A DNA stretch of 64,000 nt, taken from the human T2T-CHM13v2.0 reference genome, Homo sapiens. The position numbers were made by a program, and so were the translations under genes. The notes below the pieces were generated by a model, which searched no databases, was not told the DNA's origin, and saw nothing but the letters and a program-made list of their open reading frames with translations. Shown piece after piece: positions 42,602 to 55,509 of this stretch. The first letter of the stretch is position 1, and every line of letters starts with the position of its first letter. The stretch lies in the NCBI RefSeq assembly GCF_009914755.1, contig NC_060926.1. The stretch is one strand, 5' to 3'.

Positions 42602-43206
42602 AAACCCTCTTACTGCCATTTAATGTATTCTGAGTGGAGTCAGCAAAGTGATTGTCAGTTGTTCTCACATGAGACATTTTTAGCAAATGGGAAAGGGAAG
42701 CAACATTTAAAAATTCCAAGATCATCACTTATAGATAGGCACGCTTATTTACATATGTCTATTTATTCTTTTTTTTTTTAACATTTGCTCCTGTTACTTT
42801 AAAAGCTTCTAGGCATGAATGCATTAACATATACCATTAAGTAACTTTTTGAGAGGGAAAATGCATGCTGTAGAGATGTTAACTGAACAACATTAAGGGA
42901 AACATCTGTAAACAGCTCACAGAAAAAAAAAAACATCAGTTGATCATTTAGCTATAAGCTGTAAAGAAAATGGACTTTCAGATGGAAAAAAAGAAACTCA
43001 TTATAGATACCCAGTTACTTCTATAGTAGCCATGAAAACAAATACAGTAGGTACAGAGAATGTTAGCAACAGCATTATGTTTTCTGAAAGTAACTATAAA
43101 CATGCATATGAGAAAGATGATTGGTTTCATAGTTATTTAATGAGAAGGATAAATCTTAAGAAAAGCTTATAGGGATTCCACAACCAAGTTTTACAGTTAG
43201 AAAGGC

Positions 43207-43209
<3 letters not shown>

Positions 43210-43245
<36 letters not shown>

Positions 43246-43305
43246 TGTGGAAGAGAGGGAGAGACAGAGAGAGAGAGAGAGAGATGGAGAGAAAGAAAGA
43301 AAGAA
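43210..43305. repeat. (TG)n followed by (GA)n simple repeats
   Basis: Directly visible. Confidence 0.9.
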
Positions 43306-43497
43306 ACCCATCACTTTAGGCTTTGCATGTGTTTAAATGGGGGCATGATAGCCAAAACAAAAGCTAAAATTCCTGTCTTCATCAACAAAGATCTCTCACC
43401 ATGTCTGAATTCTGGAATAAAAGAGTTGTCATCATCACCTTATCTGCAATGAAAAAATAAATAAATAAAAAAGACTTACATCTTTGTTTTACATAGT

Positions 43498-43957
43498 TGT
43501 CATGAGTTAAATAATGCCCCCCAACCCCTCAATTTATGTCCACATGGAACATCAGAATGTGACCGCATTTGGGTCTACAGATATAATTAGTTCCAGATTT
43601 TGATATGGATTCAGCCTGGATTTAGGAATCTCTCTAAAATGAGTGACTGCTAGCCTTATAAGAAGAGGAGAGGAAACAGAGACATAGAGATGAAGGCGAT
43701 GTGAAAATGGAGGCAATGGTTGGAGTGATCTACAAACCAAGGAATGCCAAGAATTGCCAGAAAACACCAGGAAACACCAGGAAAACTATTAGGGAGACTT
43801 TGGATAGTTCTCTCTCAGAGCCTACAGAAGAACCAACCTCGCAGACAAATTGATTTAATACTTTAGCTCTCCTACTGTGAAAGAAGACATTTCTGCTATT
43901 TTAAGCCATAAAGTTTATGATAATTTGTTATGGTAGTTGTAAGAATCTACTGTAACA
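43498..43957 (+). mobile_element. MLT1B/C MaLR solo LTR
   Basis: TG start, CAGAATGTGACC, CCTTATAAGAAGAGG, AAGGAATGCCAAG, TAATTTGTTATGG, CA end. Confidence 0.78.
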
Positions 43958-44009
43958 GCTGATAAACTCTTAACCACTTAGTCAGCATTTACAGAGGTCT
44001 GATACATGT

Positions 44010-44170
44010 TAGGGCATTGCTTTAAACTATAATGTTCATTTGAATCACTGTTAAACTGCAGATTCTGATTCACTGGTTCTTGGAGAGTCCTGAGACAGCT
44101 CATGTCTAACAAATCACGAGGTGATGCCCATTTAGCTGCTTCTAGAATGACATTTTTTTCAGTACCAAAG
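44010..44170. mobile_element. MER5A-like hAT MITE
   Basis: GAATCAC...TGCAGATTCTGATTCA...TCTAACAAATCACGAGGTGATGCC. Confidence 0.6.
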
Positions 44171-45227
44171 CTATAATAGGGCACAACAAAGGACTCTAAT
44201 CTATAAACTTTTTTGTTTTAGAGCTGCAATTTGGGTGAAAAGACATATCTTACCAACACATAAACTTATAAACAATTGAGGAATTATGTGATAATCAAAG
44301 ATTAGAGAATAAATGTTATTCATGTGAGCTGGATTCATCAGGAGAAGGTTTGATATAAAAGGGACATTTTGGGGTGAGTTAAAGACAAACAGAATTAGCA
44401 ACAGTAAGATTAGACCAATTAGTGCAAATTCATGATAGAAAACACTAAGAATGATATTAGAAAGGAACAATGAAGTGCATTACAGAAACATAATTATTGT
44501 TTTTATTGTTAACTAACATATTTACCAAAGATAGACATTTCTGGTAACCCAAAAGTTAATAAAAATGTGGTTATGTTTGCACATATTTATAGAGGACATT
44601 ACTGTCTTTTGGTTTACAACATAAGTAACAAAAGGCAGAATATAATGTGCTATAAATAAAATTATTATTGCTATATAAAAATATCCAAGGAGGGTGAGAG
44701 ACTGGATTTGTTAGGATGGGAACAATGTGAATTGTTTTGTTTTGTTTCTTTTTTAAAATTTCTTCTGTTATTTTTATTGTTCTCAATTTGGGGACTGCTA
44801 TTCCAATAGCCAGAGCTTTTGAATCTTGCACTAAGTATGGAATACAGATGCAAATTTAATGCATAGATTTATAGGGGATTTTCCAAATATTATCCTACTT
44901 GCCATATAAGGTTAATGATGGTTCCAGAATGTTTCAAGGGATACATTTGGCCAATAGTTACATAATAAACACATTTATTAGTGAAATATTTCACAGTCCT
45001 TTACATTTTCTGCTCTTACCAGAAATGCCATGACAGATAGCAGTATTATCAGTAGTGACGGGAAAACAACTTTACTCCAAATTTAGTTTTAGAGATTTTG
45101 TCTTCTGGTGTATTTTCAGCATCACATGATAGACTGACATTATCTATGAGATTTGGAAACATTTTTGATAAAGCTGAGCATTGCAGCCTCCACTATGGTT
45201 AGCACCAGTACTACTACCCATACATCA

Positions 45228-45608
<381 letters not shown>

Positions 45609-47174
45609 TTAAAAACTTTAACAGGTAAAGACATGCAAGATGATAGAAGCTAGCAATAATGTCTAATCCTAGAAAAAAACATAGATCATATGAATATTTC
45701 ACTGTATGTTCTCATTATTAAATAATGCTTTGTGTACATATATTTCACACTTTCAGCTGAAGATTTTCTCCTTCAGAAGTGATTACATTATTATTTTTAC
45801 AATAGAAAATTTAAACCTAATAATTTCCAACGAGATAACATTATGCTTAACCAATGAGCTTGTAAACAAAGTAATAAAGCACCAATAAAAATATGAGTTG
45901 CTTTTTGATGTAGCTGTAGATATTTGAAAATATAGAATAATTTTCCAAGTTTATTAGATGCCAGTCAAGTCAAAAATCTATAGTCTAGCCATTGGCCAGT
46001 GCCACTAGCTGTCTGAGACTGTGTGAACATTCGTAGCATTATTAAATCTTTCCAGATTTACACAAATAGTTGTGGGTTTATTTTATGACCCTATATATTA
46101 CAAATATATACTAAAATGTTTATGTTTAAAATTACATAATGTCTAATATTTTCTTCAAAATGTCTAATTTCTTCATAATGTCTAATTTTCTTCAAAACAA
46201 CACAGAAGTGAATGGAGGTTTGGATGGGATGTTGTATTCTTTCTACTTTTTATATATGTTCAAAATTCTCCATAATGAAAAGGGAAAATATTATATTAAA
46301 CAATTCATCAATTTAGCTTCTCCTACTGGTACTCCATAGTGCTTTGTACTTCTATCAAAAAAACCTTATACCATTTCATTAATGTTTGTCTTTCATGATA
46401 GGCTGTAGGTTCCATAATGGAACTAACTATGTAATGTTATTCCCCAATGCATCCACAACAATTAGCACAATTAGTATCCAGCATGAAGTAGGGATTTACT
46501 AAATATTTATGGAGTGAATAAAGTTATGAATAAATGAACATAAGCACAACAACTGTCCTCTGGTTTCATGTAATGCTTAGAATTGAAAATACTTGGGCAT
46601 GTGTTGGTGAGATAATGGACGTTCATTGCCATGGAGGCCAGCTTCACTTCTCTCCTAGGCTCACATTCTACTTGAGGCCACATCAAATAAGAATAATTGT
46701 TACTAAAATAAACGAGGAGATCATTGTGTTTGTACTGCATTGTGTCTGTACTGAACAGAAGCTGTTCCCAAATACTTTTATTTTCTGTCAATATTTTTTG
46801 TATGTTATAGCAAATACTGCATTTCCAGATGAGTGTCCTGCCTCCTTATACATCCTTTGTTCTACAGGTGAAGAAACCTGATTAAATAGGCTAGGTTTTA
46901 TATTTGAAAGCAGGTAACTTAAAGAAGAACTGGCCCTAGGAATAGGCAGACTAAGGCAGCTTTGAGGATTCTGAAATTCTGTGGACACCAAATAAATTAA
47001 CATTTATTAAAAAAAGTTTTTGCATTGATCTCAATACCTTGACAGAATTTCCTCCTTACTCTTCCAATTTTTTCTTCCTTCCAGCAAAGCACCAGAGATA
47101 CTTTCCTGAAGTTAAATGGAAGCTATAACACATTGAATCCTCACTGCTAATTCCTACCAAGGGATAATTCAAAG

Positions 47175-47365
47175 ACCTAGAAAGAAGGCCTAGATTTATT
47201 CTCAGCTCTACCACTCCTAGATGAAGGACCTTATTAGGCAAATCATTCAATCTTTCTGAGCCTCATATTGTTCACCAATGGGAGAATACTTCACAAAATT
47301 TTCAAAATTGCAGGCAAGAAAATACATAAAAATTATGCTATCTAAAATAAAATGTGCTACAAATT
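47175..47365 (+). mobile_element. MIR
   Basis: CTCAGCTCTACCACT...GGCAAATCATTCAATCTTTCTGAGCCTCA. Confidence 0.65.
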
Positions 47366-47599
47366 TATACGCACACACACCTAATTCAAAATTATGTACT
47401 TCTGCATTAAAGTTCTAAAGGATTAGAACAAGTGATTCATAAATTTTTATGTGAAATGTCTCCAGGGTATGCGTTTACATATCCCTCCCTCCGTTCCTTC
47501 CACAAGCAGAGGGTTGGATTAAATCACACTCTGTTTCATGGTACATTATAGACATTGGTTCTTGAAGAGCCCCTTTGTTAATTTATCAATTTATTGATT

Positions 47600-49145
47600 T
47601 CCTTTGTCTTAATTCCACACTCCTGTTCCCTCCCTCCTTTATGTACATCCATTAATGTGTTTAATGTGCATCTTTTGTTTATATGTTGTTGCAAAATGTA
47701 CATTGTTGATTTTTGTGCCTGCTTTCTATTTCAACTGATAGTGGATTCTAGGTCTTATTTTTTTAATTAAAATATATTTTCTACATTTTTAATAACTATG
47801 TGTGCATGTCTAGACCTGGGCTTCTAACTGCATCATAGTTCTCTATCCTCCTCTAAGTCTCCAGTGTATTCTCATGGTATTCTGACACTGTGAATCTCAG
47901 GGCAGTCCACATTTTACCTATTCATTAGCCCAGTGAAGAACTCCAGATTCCACTAATTCATGGCAACCTCAAATAATGTCACCTGGGCATTTTCACACAA
48001 GTCCACCCACATACCTATGTGAAAATTGTGTGTGTGTGTGTGTGAGGCACTAGGAGAATATGTGGTTGAGTCATAGGGTATCCCTACAATAAACTGAAAT
48101 AAGTAGCCCCAAACTGGTCTTCAGAATGGCTGCATTATTTTCTATTCTTGTGCCCAAATTTTTCACAACATCCTAATTCAAATTTTGGTGTTATTTAGTT
48201 TTCTAATATTTGCCAATAGAGTGGTTGTAAACTGATATCACATTGTTTTTTAATGGGTATTTAACTGATTACTTGTGGGTATCATAATTTCTATATATAT
48301 TAATTAGCCTTTTAGGAACCTAGATCTGTTATTATCCCAACTTTTTTTTGTTTACTTTTTTGGTTAGGATTGTTGTTTTTCTATGAAAGTTGTAGGATTT
48401 GTGTGTGTGTGTATGTGTGTGTGTGTGTGCATGTGCTCTCTTTGATAGTAACTCCATATTAGTTTTAGGTTTTGCAAATACCTTCTCTCATTTTGTCATT
48501 AGTATGTTAAGTTTGTCCAGAGTTTTAGCTTTAACTGTTCAACGGAAGTCTTTAACTTCTATGTAACAAAGCTTACCCACTTTTTGCCATATGCTTCATG
48601 GTTCTAAAATTTTATTTAAGAAGCCCTTATCCAATCTTAAGTCACTATGCTTTTAATAGTCCTAATCCTTTTGAGTTTCATTCTTGTAGGTGGTTTTAGG
48701 CAGAAATCCAGCTTCACTTATCTCCATATAGTAAATCAGTTTTTACAATGCCATTTATTAAATAATCTGCCCCATTCCAATTGAATTACAGGACTCTACA
48801 TTACCTTCCCATATATATATGCAGAATTTTTCTAAATGAAATTGTGAAGAACTGACATTGTTACAATAGTTAGTCATGCATGAAAAAAACACGGAGATAT
48901 AATTTTTAAATTGTTTTCAATGCTCTTGACTAAAGGTTTAAAGTTTTCTTCAAAGGATTGCCATGACATGAATGTTTGTGTCCTCTTAAAATTCACATGT
49001 TGAAATTCTAACCCCCAATGTGATGATATTAGGGTGGGGCATTTGGGAGATGTTTAGGTCTTGGGGATGGGGCCCTTCTGAATGAAACTAGTGTCCTTAT
49101 AAAAGAAGCTGGTGAGATACTACTTTCTCTTCCACAATGTGAGGA

Positions 49146-49181
<36 letters not shown>

Positions 49182-49570
49182 CATCTATGAATTAGAAAGC
49201 TAGTCCTCATCAGACAGCTGAATTTGCCGGCTGTTTGACCTGGACTTCCCAGCCTCCAGAACTGTAAGAAATAAATTTCTTTTGTTTATAAGAATACCAA
49301 GTTTACCATAGTTTTTTACGGCATCCCGAACAGACTAAGGCAGAGATCTTACAGGTTCGCTGTTAATGTACTACTATATACTTTATGTTTCTTGTTGCTA
49401 TTCTTAATGGAGTCATATTTAATTTTATTTTTGTTATTGTTGGTTTAGGAAAAGGCTATACAATTTTCTTTCATGCAGAAACTTGCTGAACTCTTCTTTA
49501 GTTTTAATAATTTCTCAGTTGATTCTTTTAGATTTCTGGCATAAATAACTATTTCATTTTAGGTCTTTTC
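47600..49570 (-). mobile_element. Ancient L1 (L1ME-type) fragments, interrupted by MLT1A
   Basis: CTGATATCACATTGTTTTTAAT, TTGCAAATACCTTCTCTCA, GCCATTTATTAAATAATC, AACTTGCTGAACTCTT. Confidence 0.55.
48959..49342 (+). mobile_element. MLT1A/MLT1A0 solo LTR with an internal A30 run
   Basis: GAATGTTTGTGTCC...AAATTCACATGTTGAAAT...GGACTTCCCAGCCTCCAGAACTGTAAGAAATAAATTTC...GACTAAGGCA. Confidence 0.85.
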
Positions 49571-50183
49571 TTCAACTTATCACATTAAAATCTCCCAACA
49601 GCTATCTTACATAGAATAATAAAGATGACTCCCAAATGTTAATCAGCAACTGAGACCTCTCTTCTGAGCATCAGCCTAGTCTAAGGCTGAGAGAGAGAAA
49701 ATATGAATTTTCTCTATAATTAAAGGAGATGAAGAGCCTTTCCTTACCTTACAAGAGGATTTACTTGGAGAGAGTATTGAAATACCTTACTCTACTTCTT
49801 TGGTATTTGAATACATCTCTCTAGGGAAAAGACAATCTGAGTGTCTCCAGTCGGGGGAAAAAATTTTCTAGGATTTAGTCTTCAGTACCACCTTTAAAAA
49901 TTAAACATATATCTCCTGAGATAAGAAAATCTCTCTCAAGTTCTCTAATTAGTTGCAATTTTTAATAACTGTATGTTAAGATATATTTTAAATACCATAC
50001 AATTTATCAATTTAGAGTATATAAATCAATCATTTTAATATATTCACAGCTTGTTCTAACATCACCAAAGTTGATTTTAGAACATTTTAATCGCCCCCAA
50101 AACAAATCCCCTATCCATTTGCAGTACTCTCTATTTTCCTCCCAACTTCCCAAACCCTAGGCAATCAGTAACTTACTCTCCAC

Positions 50184-50672
50184 TGCTGGGTCTGACCTGC
50201 AGATCCTGGCCAAGTGACAGATGAAAAATTGTACGTAGACACAGGTTTTTTTGCCTGACTGCATGGCTAGGGGACCGGGCCACCACAGACACCAAGGAAG
50301 GTGCCATAAAGTGTCCCAGCAGCTGTAGCCCAGACAAGCCAGTGCTGCGGGCATTTACTTAGTGAAGAATTAATGACAAAGGCTTCGAATCAACACACTT
50401 GTGGGTAATTAACATGGTCGCCCCCCGGAGAGGGCTGTCCTTTGTGTGGATGATTTAAAGGCAGGTTCTGAGGCCTAAGTAAACTAACTTATCTAGATCA
50501 ATCCCTTTACATTATTTTTTGTTATCTACCTTTTGCTCTCAGGCTCCAAATAAGAGAATTTGACTGCCTTCAGCCAAATTATCTTTCGAACCTTTTGCAA
50601 AACCTCCTGGCCTTCCAAGAAGGTTTGCGTTTTTCCTATGATTTCTTGCACCACCCTGACTGATCTCCTACA
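50184..50672 (-). mobile_element. Solo LTR22 (HERV-K22/HML-5 LTR), 489 bp
   Basis: Reverse complement starts TGTAGGAGATCAGTCAGGGTGGTG...CGCAAACCTTCTTGGAAGGCC and ends GGTCAGACCCAGCA. Imperfect 6-bp TSD CTCCAC/TTCCAT. Confidence 0.85.
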
Positions 50673-51307
50673 TTCCATCTCTATGAATTTGCCTATTCTG
50701 GATATTCTGTATCATTTTATGAAATGAATAATTCAGTATGTAGTCTTCTGTTGGCTTCTTGCAAGTAGAAGCATGTTTTCAAGATTTATCTATGTGGAAG
50801 CGTGTATTGATAGTTCATGCTTTTTTATGGTAGAATAACTTTCCATTATTTGAATATACAATATTTTACTTATCCAATATCAGATAATAGATATGTGAAT
50901 TGTTTCCACTTTTGGCTACTATAAATTCTGCTACTGTGAACATCCATGTACAAACCTTTGTATGGACATGTTTACATTAAAATATATGTAGATACATGTA
51001 TACCTAGGACTGGGTATATGGAATGACTGGGTCATATGGTAATTTTTAGTTTGAGGAACTGCCAGATGAAAACTAGCTGCACCATTTTCCATTTTCATCA
51101 GCCATGGGTGAGGGGTCAAATGTCTTCACGCCCTTACCAGTACTTGTATTTCTGCCCTTTTTACTACAATCATCCTAGCAGTTATGATGATTGCAGTTTT
51201 GATCTGTATTTCTTGATAGTCAAGAAAGATGAACATCTTTGAATTATCATGGAACCTTAACAAAAATCAATTGATTGTGCATGTGAGAAAAGTTTTTTGG
51301 ACTCTCT

Positions 51308-51599
51308 TTTTTTTTTTTTTTTTTTTTTTTTGAGATGGAATCTCGCTCTGTCACCCAGGCTAGGGTGCAGGGGCGCCTGCAACCTCCGCCTCCCAGGGTC
51401 AAGTGATTCTCCTGCCTCAGCCTCCTGAGTAGCTGGGATTACAGGCATACACCACCACACCTGGCTGATTTTTGTATTTTTAGTAGAGATGGGGTTTCAC
51501 CATGTTGGTCAGGCTGGTCTCGAACTCTTGACCTTGTGATCTGCCCACCTCAGCCTCCCAAAGTGCTGGGATTACAGGTGTGAGCCACCATGCCCGGCC
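51308..51599 (-). mobile_element. AluS with a short internal deletion
   Basis: T-run tail. GATCTCGGCTCA is missing after GGGCGC. Confidence 0.88.
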
Positions 51600-54500
51600 T
51601 GAATTCTCATTCTATTCTATTGATCTTTATGTCTCTACTTTGGCCAGTACCATGCAGCCTTGATTACTGTAGCTTTATAGTAAGTTTTGAAATCTGTAAG
51701 TATAAAACGTCCAACTTTGTTCCATTTATTCAAGATTATGAATCCTTTAAATTTCCATATGAATTCTGGAATCAGCTTGTCCATTTCTCCAAAAAAGTCA
51801 GCTGGGGTTAGATAAATGATAATTAGATAATTAATAAAGATCAATCAACAGATAAATTTGGGAAGTATGCCTTCTTCATAGAAGTATCTTCTGATCCATA
51901 AATATAGTCTTTCTGTTTTAGTTCTTTGAACTTGCTCCCGGAATGTTTGCATTTCTCTTCTTATGTTTATTACTATTTCAGTTTTATAATAATAGAAAAT
52001 TTTTTCTTAATTCCATTTGAGGTTGTTTATTACTAGTGTATAATATAGCATTCTTGTATATTGATCTTGTGTCCTATACCCTTGGTAAACTCATTAAATT
52101 AGTTGTAATAGGTGTTTAGTGAATTTCTTTGGATTTTCTTTAAATAAGAACATATCATCTGTCAATAGAGATAGCTTTACTCTTTCCAATTCAGATGCCC
52201 TTTATTTTCTTTACTTGCCTAACTGCACTGAGAAGAAATTCCCATATAATGTTGAACAGAAATGTCAAGCAAAAATATTTTTGCCTTTAAAAATGTTTTT
52301 TTGAGGGAAATCATATCTTTTTCACCATTAATGATGTTGTTTCTGGATCTTTCATAGATGCTTTTATCAGGTTGAGAATGCTCCCCTTTATTCCTAGGGT
52401 GCAGAAATCAAGTTTTTCCCCTTTATTTTATTGATATGGTATACTATATTGATTTTCATAAGTTGAACCTATGTTACATTCCTGAGAGTGATCAAACGTG
52501 ATATTGTATCTAATCATTTTTATATGTTGTTGGTTTTGATTTGCTACTCTTTTTTGAGAATTTTTATATCTATATTCATAGGAGATATTAGTAGCTTTAT
52601 TATGTTGTCTTTATCTGGTTTTAGTATTAGGGTAAAATTGGCTTCATAGAATGAGTTGGGATTCTCACCCTTCCCTTCTATGTTTTGGAAGAGACATGAC
52701 AAATCCATATTAATTTCTCTTTAACATTTGGTGATATTCACTAGTGAAGCCATCTACTTCTGAATTTCCTTTGTGGGAAGTGTTTTAATTACAAATTCAA
52801 TCACTTTATTTGTTATAGGTATATTCATATTTTCTCTTTCTTCTTTAATTATTTTGATGTTTTGAGTCTTCCTAAAAATGTGTTTAAGTAATCAAATAAA
52901 TAGCATACATTTGATTATAATATACCCTTAAAATTGCTATTATTTCTGTGAGTTAAGTAGTAATGTCCCCTCTTTTATTCTTAAATTTAGTAATTTGAGT
53001 ATTTCCTATTTTTTATTGTTCAGCTTAGCTAAAGTATTGTCAACTTTGTTGATCTTTTTAAAGAAAAATCTATTTTTCAATTAATTTTGTTTCATTAATT
53101 CTTTTTTTGTATTTTCATTCATCTAGTTCATTAATTTCTCCTCTAATATTTATTAGTGACTTTCTTCTAATTGCTTTGGATTTAGTTTTTTCCTCTTTTC
53201 TAATGTGTCTATATACTTGATTTGAGATCTTTCTTCTTTATTAATACAAGATTTACAGCTCGCTCTACATTTGTCTTGAAGTACTATTCTACTGCAACCC
53301 AGAAGTTTTGGAATGCGATTGTCCTCATTTTCATTTATCTCAAAGAATTTTTCTAATTTCCCTTGTGATTTGTCCTTTGATCCATTTGGTATTTAGAATT
53401 AAATGGCTTAATTTTTACATATTTGTGAATATATTATATATTTATTTATAATTTCATTATATTGTGACTGGAAAACATACTTTGTGTGATTGCAATCCTT
53501 TAAAATTTAGAGAATTTTTTTTTATGGTCTATCATATACAGTATGCTGAAGAATTTTCCATGTGCATTTGAGAAGATGGTGTATTCTGCTGTTTTTAGGT
53601 GGAGTATTTTATAGATGTTATTACATCTAATTGATTTATACTAATAGTCAAGTGTGCAATTTTCTTGTTGATCTTCTTCCTGTTTTTTCCATACATTATT
53701 GAAAATGGCATATCAAAATCCCCAGCAATTATTGTTGGGTTGTCTGTTACTCTCTTCAATTCTGCCAGTTCTTCCTTCATGTAATTTTGGGGTCTGTTAT
53801 TAGCTGCATATATGTTTATAATTGTTGCATGTTTCTGCTGGGTAAATTTTTTATTATTATAAAATGTCTCTCTTGATCTCTAGTAACTTTATTTGTTTTA
53901 AATTATTCATTGTTTGATACTAATATAGTAATTGTAGCTTTCTTGTGTTTGCTGGACTCATGATTTTTTTTCATTATCTTACTTTGAACTAATTTTATCT
54001 TTAAATCTAAAGTGTATCTCCTGTAGATAACATGAAGTAGGATTTTTTCTCCAGTCTGACAATCTCTGCCTTTTGACTCAATTGTTTAGTTGTTTCACAT
54101 TCAATTTTATTTTTACCATTGAATTTACTCATTTTACTTTTTCTGTATATCTCATCTTTTTTACTCCCCTATTTCTCCACTATTACTTTTTCATTGTGAA
54201 TGAGTATTTTCTAGTGCAACATGTTTATTCTGTTACTAAATTTTTTTATCTTTTTTTGTTGTTCATTGTGGTGTTAGTGGCTTCTCTAGGGCTTACCATA
54301 TATCAACTTATATTCTGATACTGATTTACATTAACATAAATTCTAGAGAGATATAGAAGCATTATTTTCTTTTCTCCCATTTTGAACTATTAGTATTATA
54401 CAGATTGTAAGTGTTACAAACCCAATAATAAATTGCTTTAACTGTTACTGTCTATAATTTGGTATATTTTTAAGATGGTAAGGGAAGAAAGAATAACTAT

Positions 54501-55509
54501 ATACTTACAGGGTTTGGTGTATTAACATTCTTATTTACCTCTTCTAATTCTCTTCACTTAGTTATATTAATTTGGGTTCCCAACTAATGTTAATTTTTTT
54601 ATTTCAATTGATCTGTGCTCCTACCCACAACTTTTGAGGTCTTATGCCAAACATATTATACTAGTATATATTATAGCCCATCAATACAACTATGTAGATA
54701 TTGATTAATAAAAATGTTTTGAAATCAATTAAGAAAAGAGAAGAAATATACACATACATGTACATTAGTCATTACATAACCATTTTTACCCATGCTTACT
54801 GTTTGTATATGTGGATTTGAATTACTGTCTTAGATCACTTCCTTTCAGCCTAAAGAACTTTCCTTATTATATCTTGCAAGGAAGGTCTACTAGCAATGAA
54901 TTCTTTCAAGTTTTGTTTATCTATAAGAGTATTTATTTTACCTTCATTTTAAAATATACCATTGCAGAATTTAAGATTCTTGTTTGACAGTTGTTTTTTG
55001 TGGGGCTGGGGGGTGGGGCTTATTTTTAGTACTTTTCAATATGTCCTTTCACTTCCTTCTGACTTCTCCTATTTCTTCTAAATTTATTGGAGTTACTTTT
55101 TATATGAGAAATCTTTTTTTTCTTGCTGTTTTCAAGAGTTTTTTTTTCCCTTTGGTTTTTGACATTTTACTATGATGTGTTTATTTGGAACTTTTTGTGT
55201 TTATGTTCCTTAGAGTTTGTTGAGCTTCTTGGATATGTAAATGAAAGCTTGTCACTAAATTTGTGGAATTTTCAGCTATTATTTCTTGGATTCATTTTCC
55301 TGCTTCTTATTTTCTCTCCTCTCTCCTGATACTCCCAGTATATGTATATTTGAGAACTTAATGTTGTCCTCTGCCTGGTTCTACTGGTATCATACCAACT
55401 CTTGGGCTTTGCTAATTGATAACTAATTGATTTACTCTTATGACCTGGGGTATAAATTGCTCCACAGTCTAACTTAATTAAAAATTTGAAGGGGTAGTTT
55501 TTCAGGCTC

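Larger units (their letters stand above)
49965..55350 (-). mobile_element. Long old L1 (L1MB-type 3' end plus ORF2 remnants), interrupted by LTR22 and an Alu
   Basis: 3' end ATACCATACAATTTATCAATTTAGAG...TTTTAGAACATTTTAATC. ORF2-like reverse ORFs (e.g. FKTYYKATVIKAAWYWPK; PTIIAGDFDMPFS). Confidence 0.8.
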
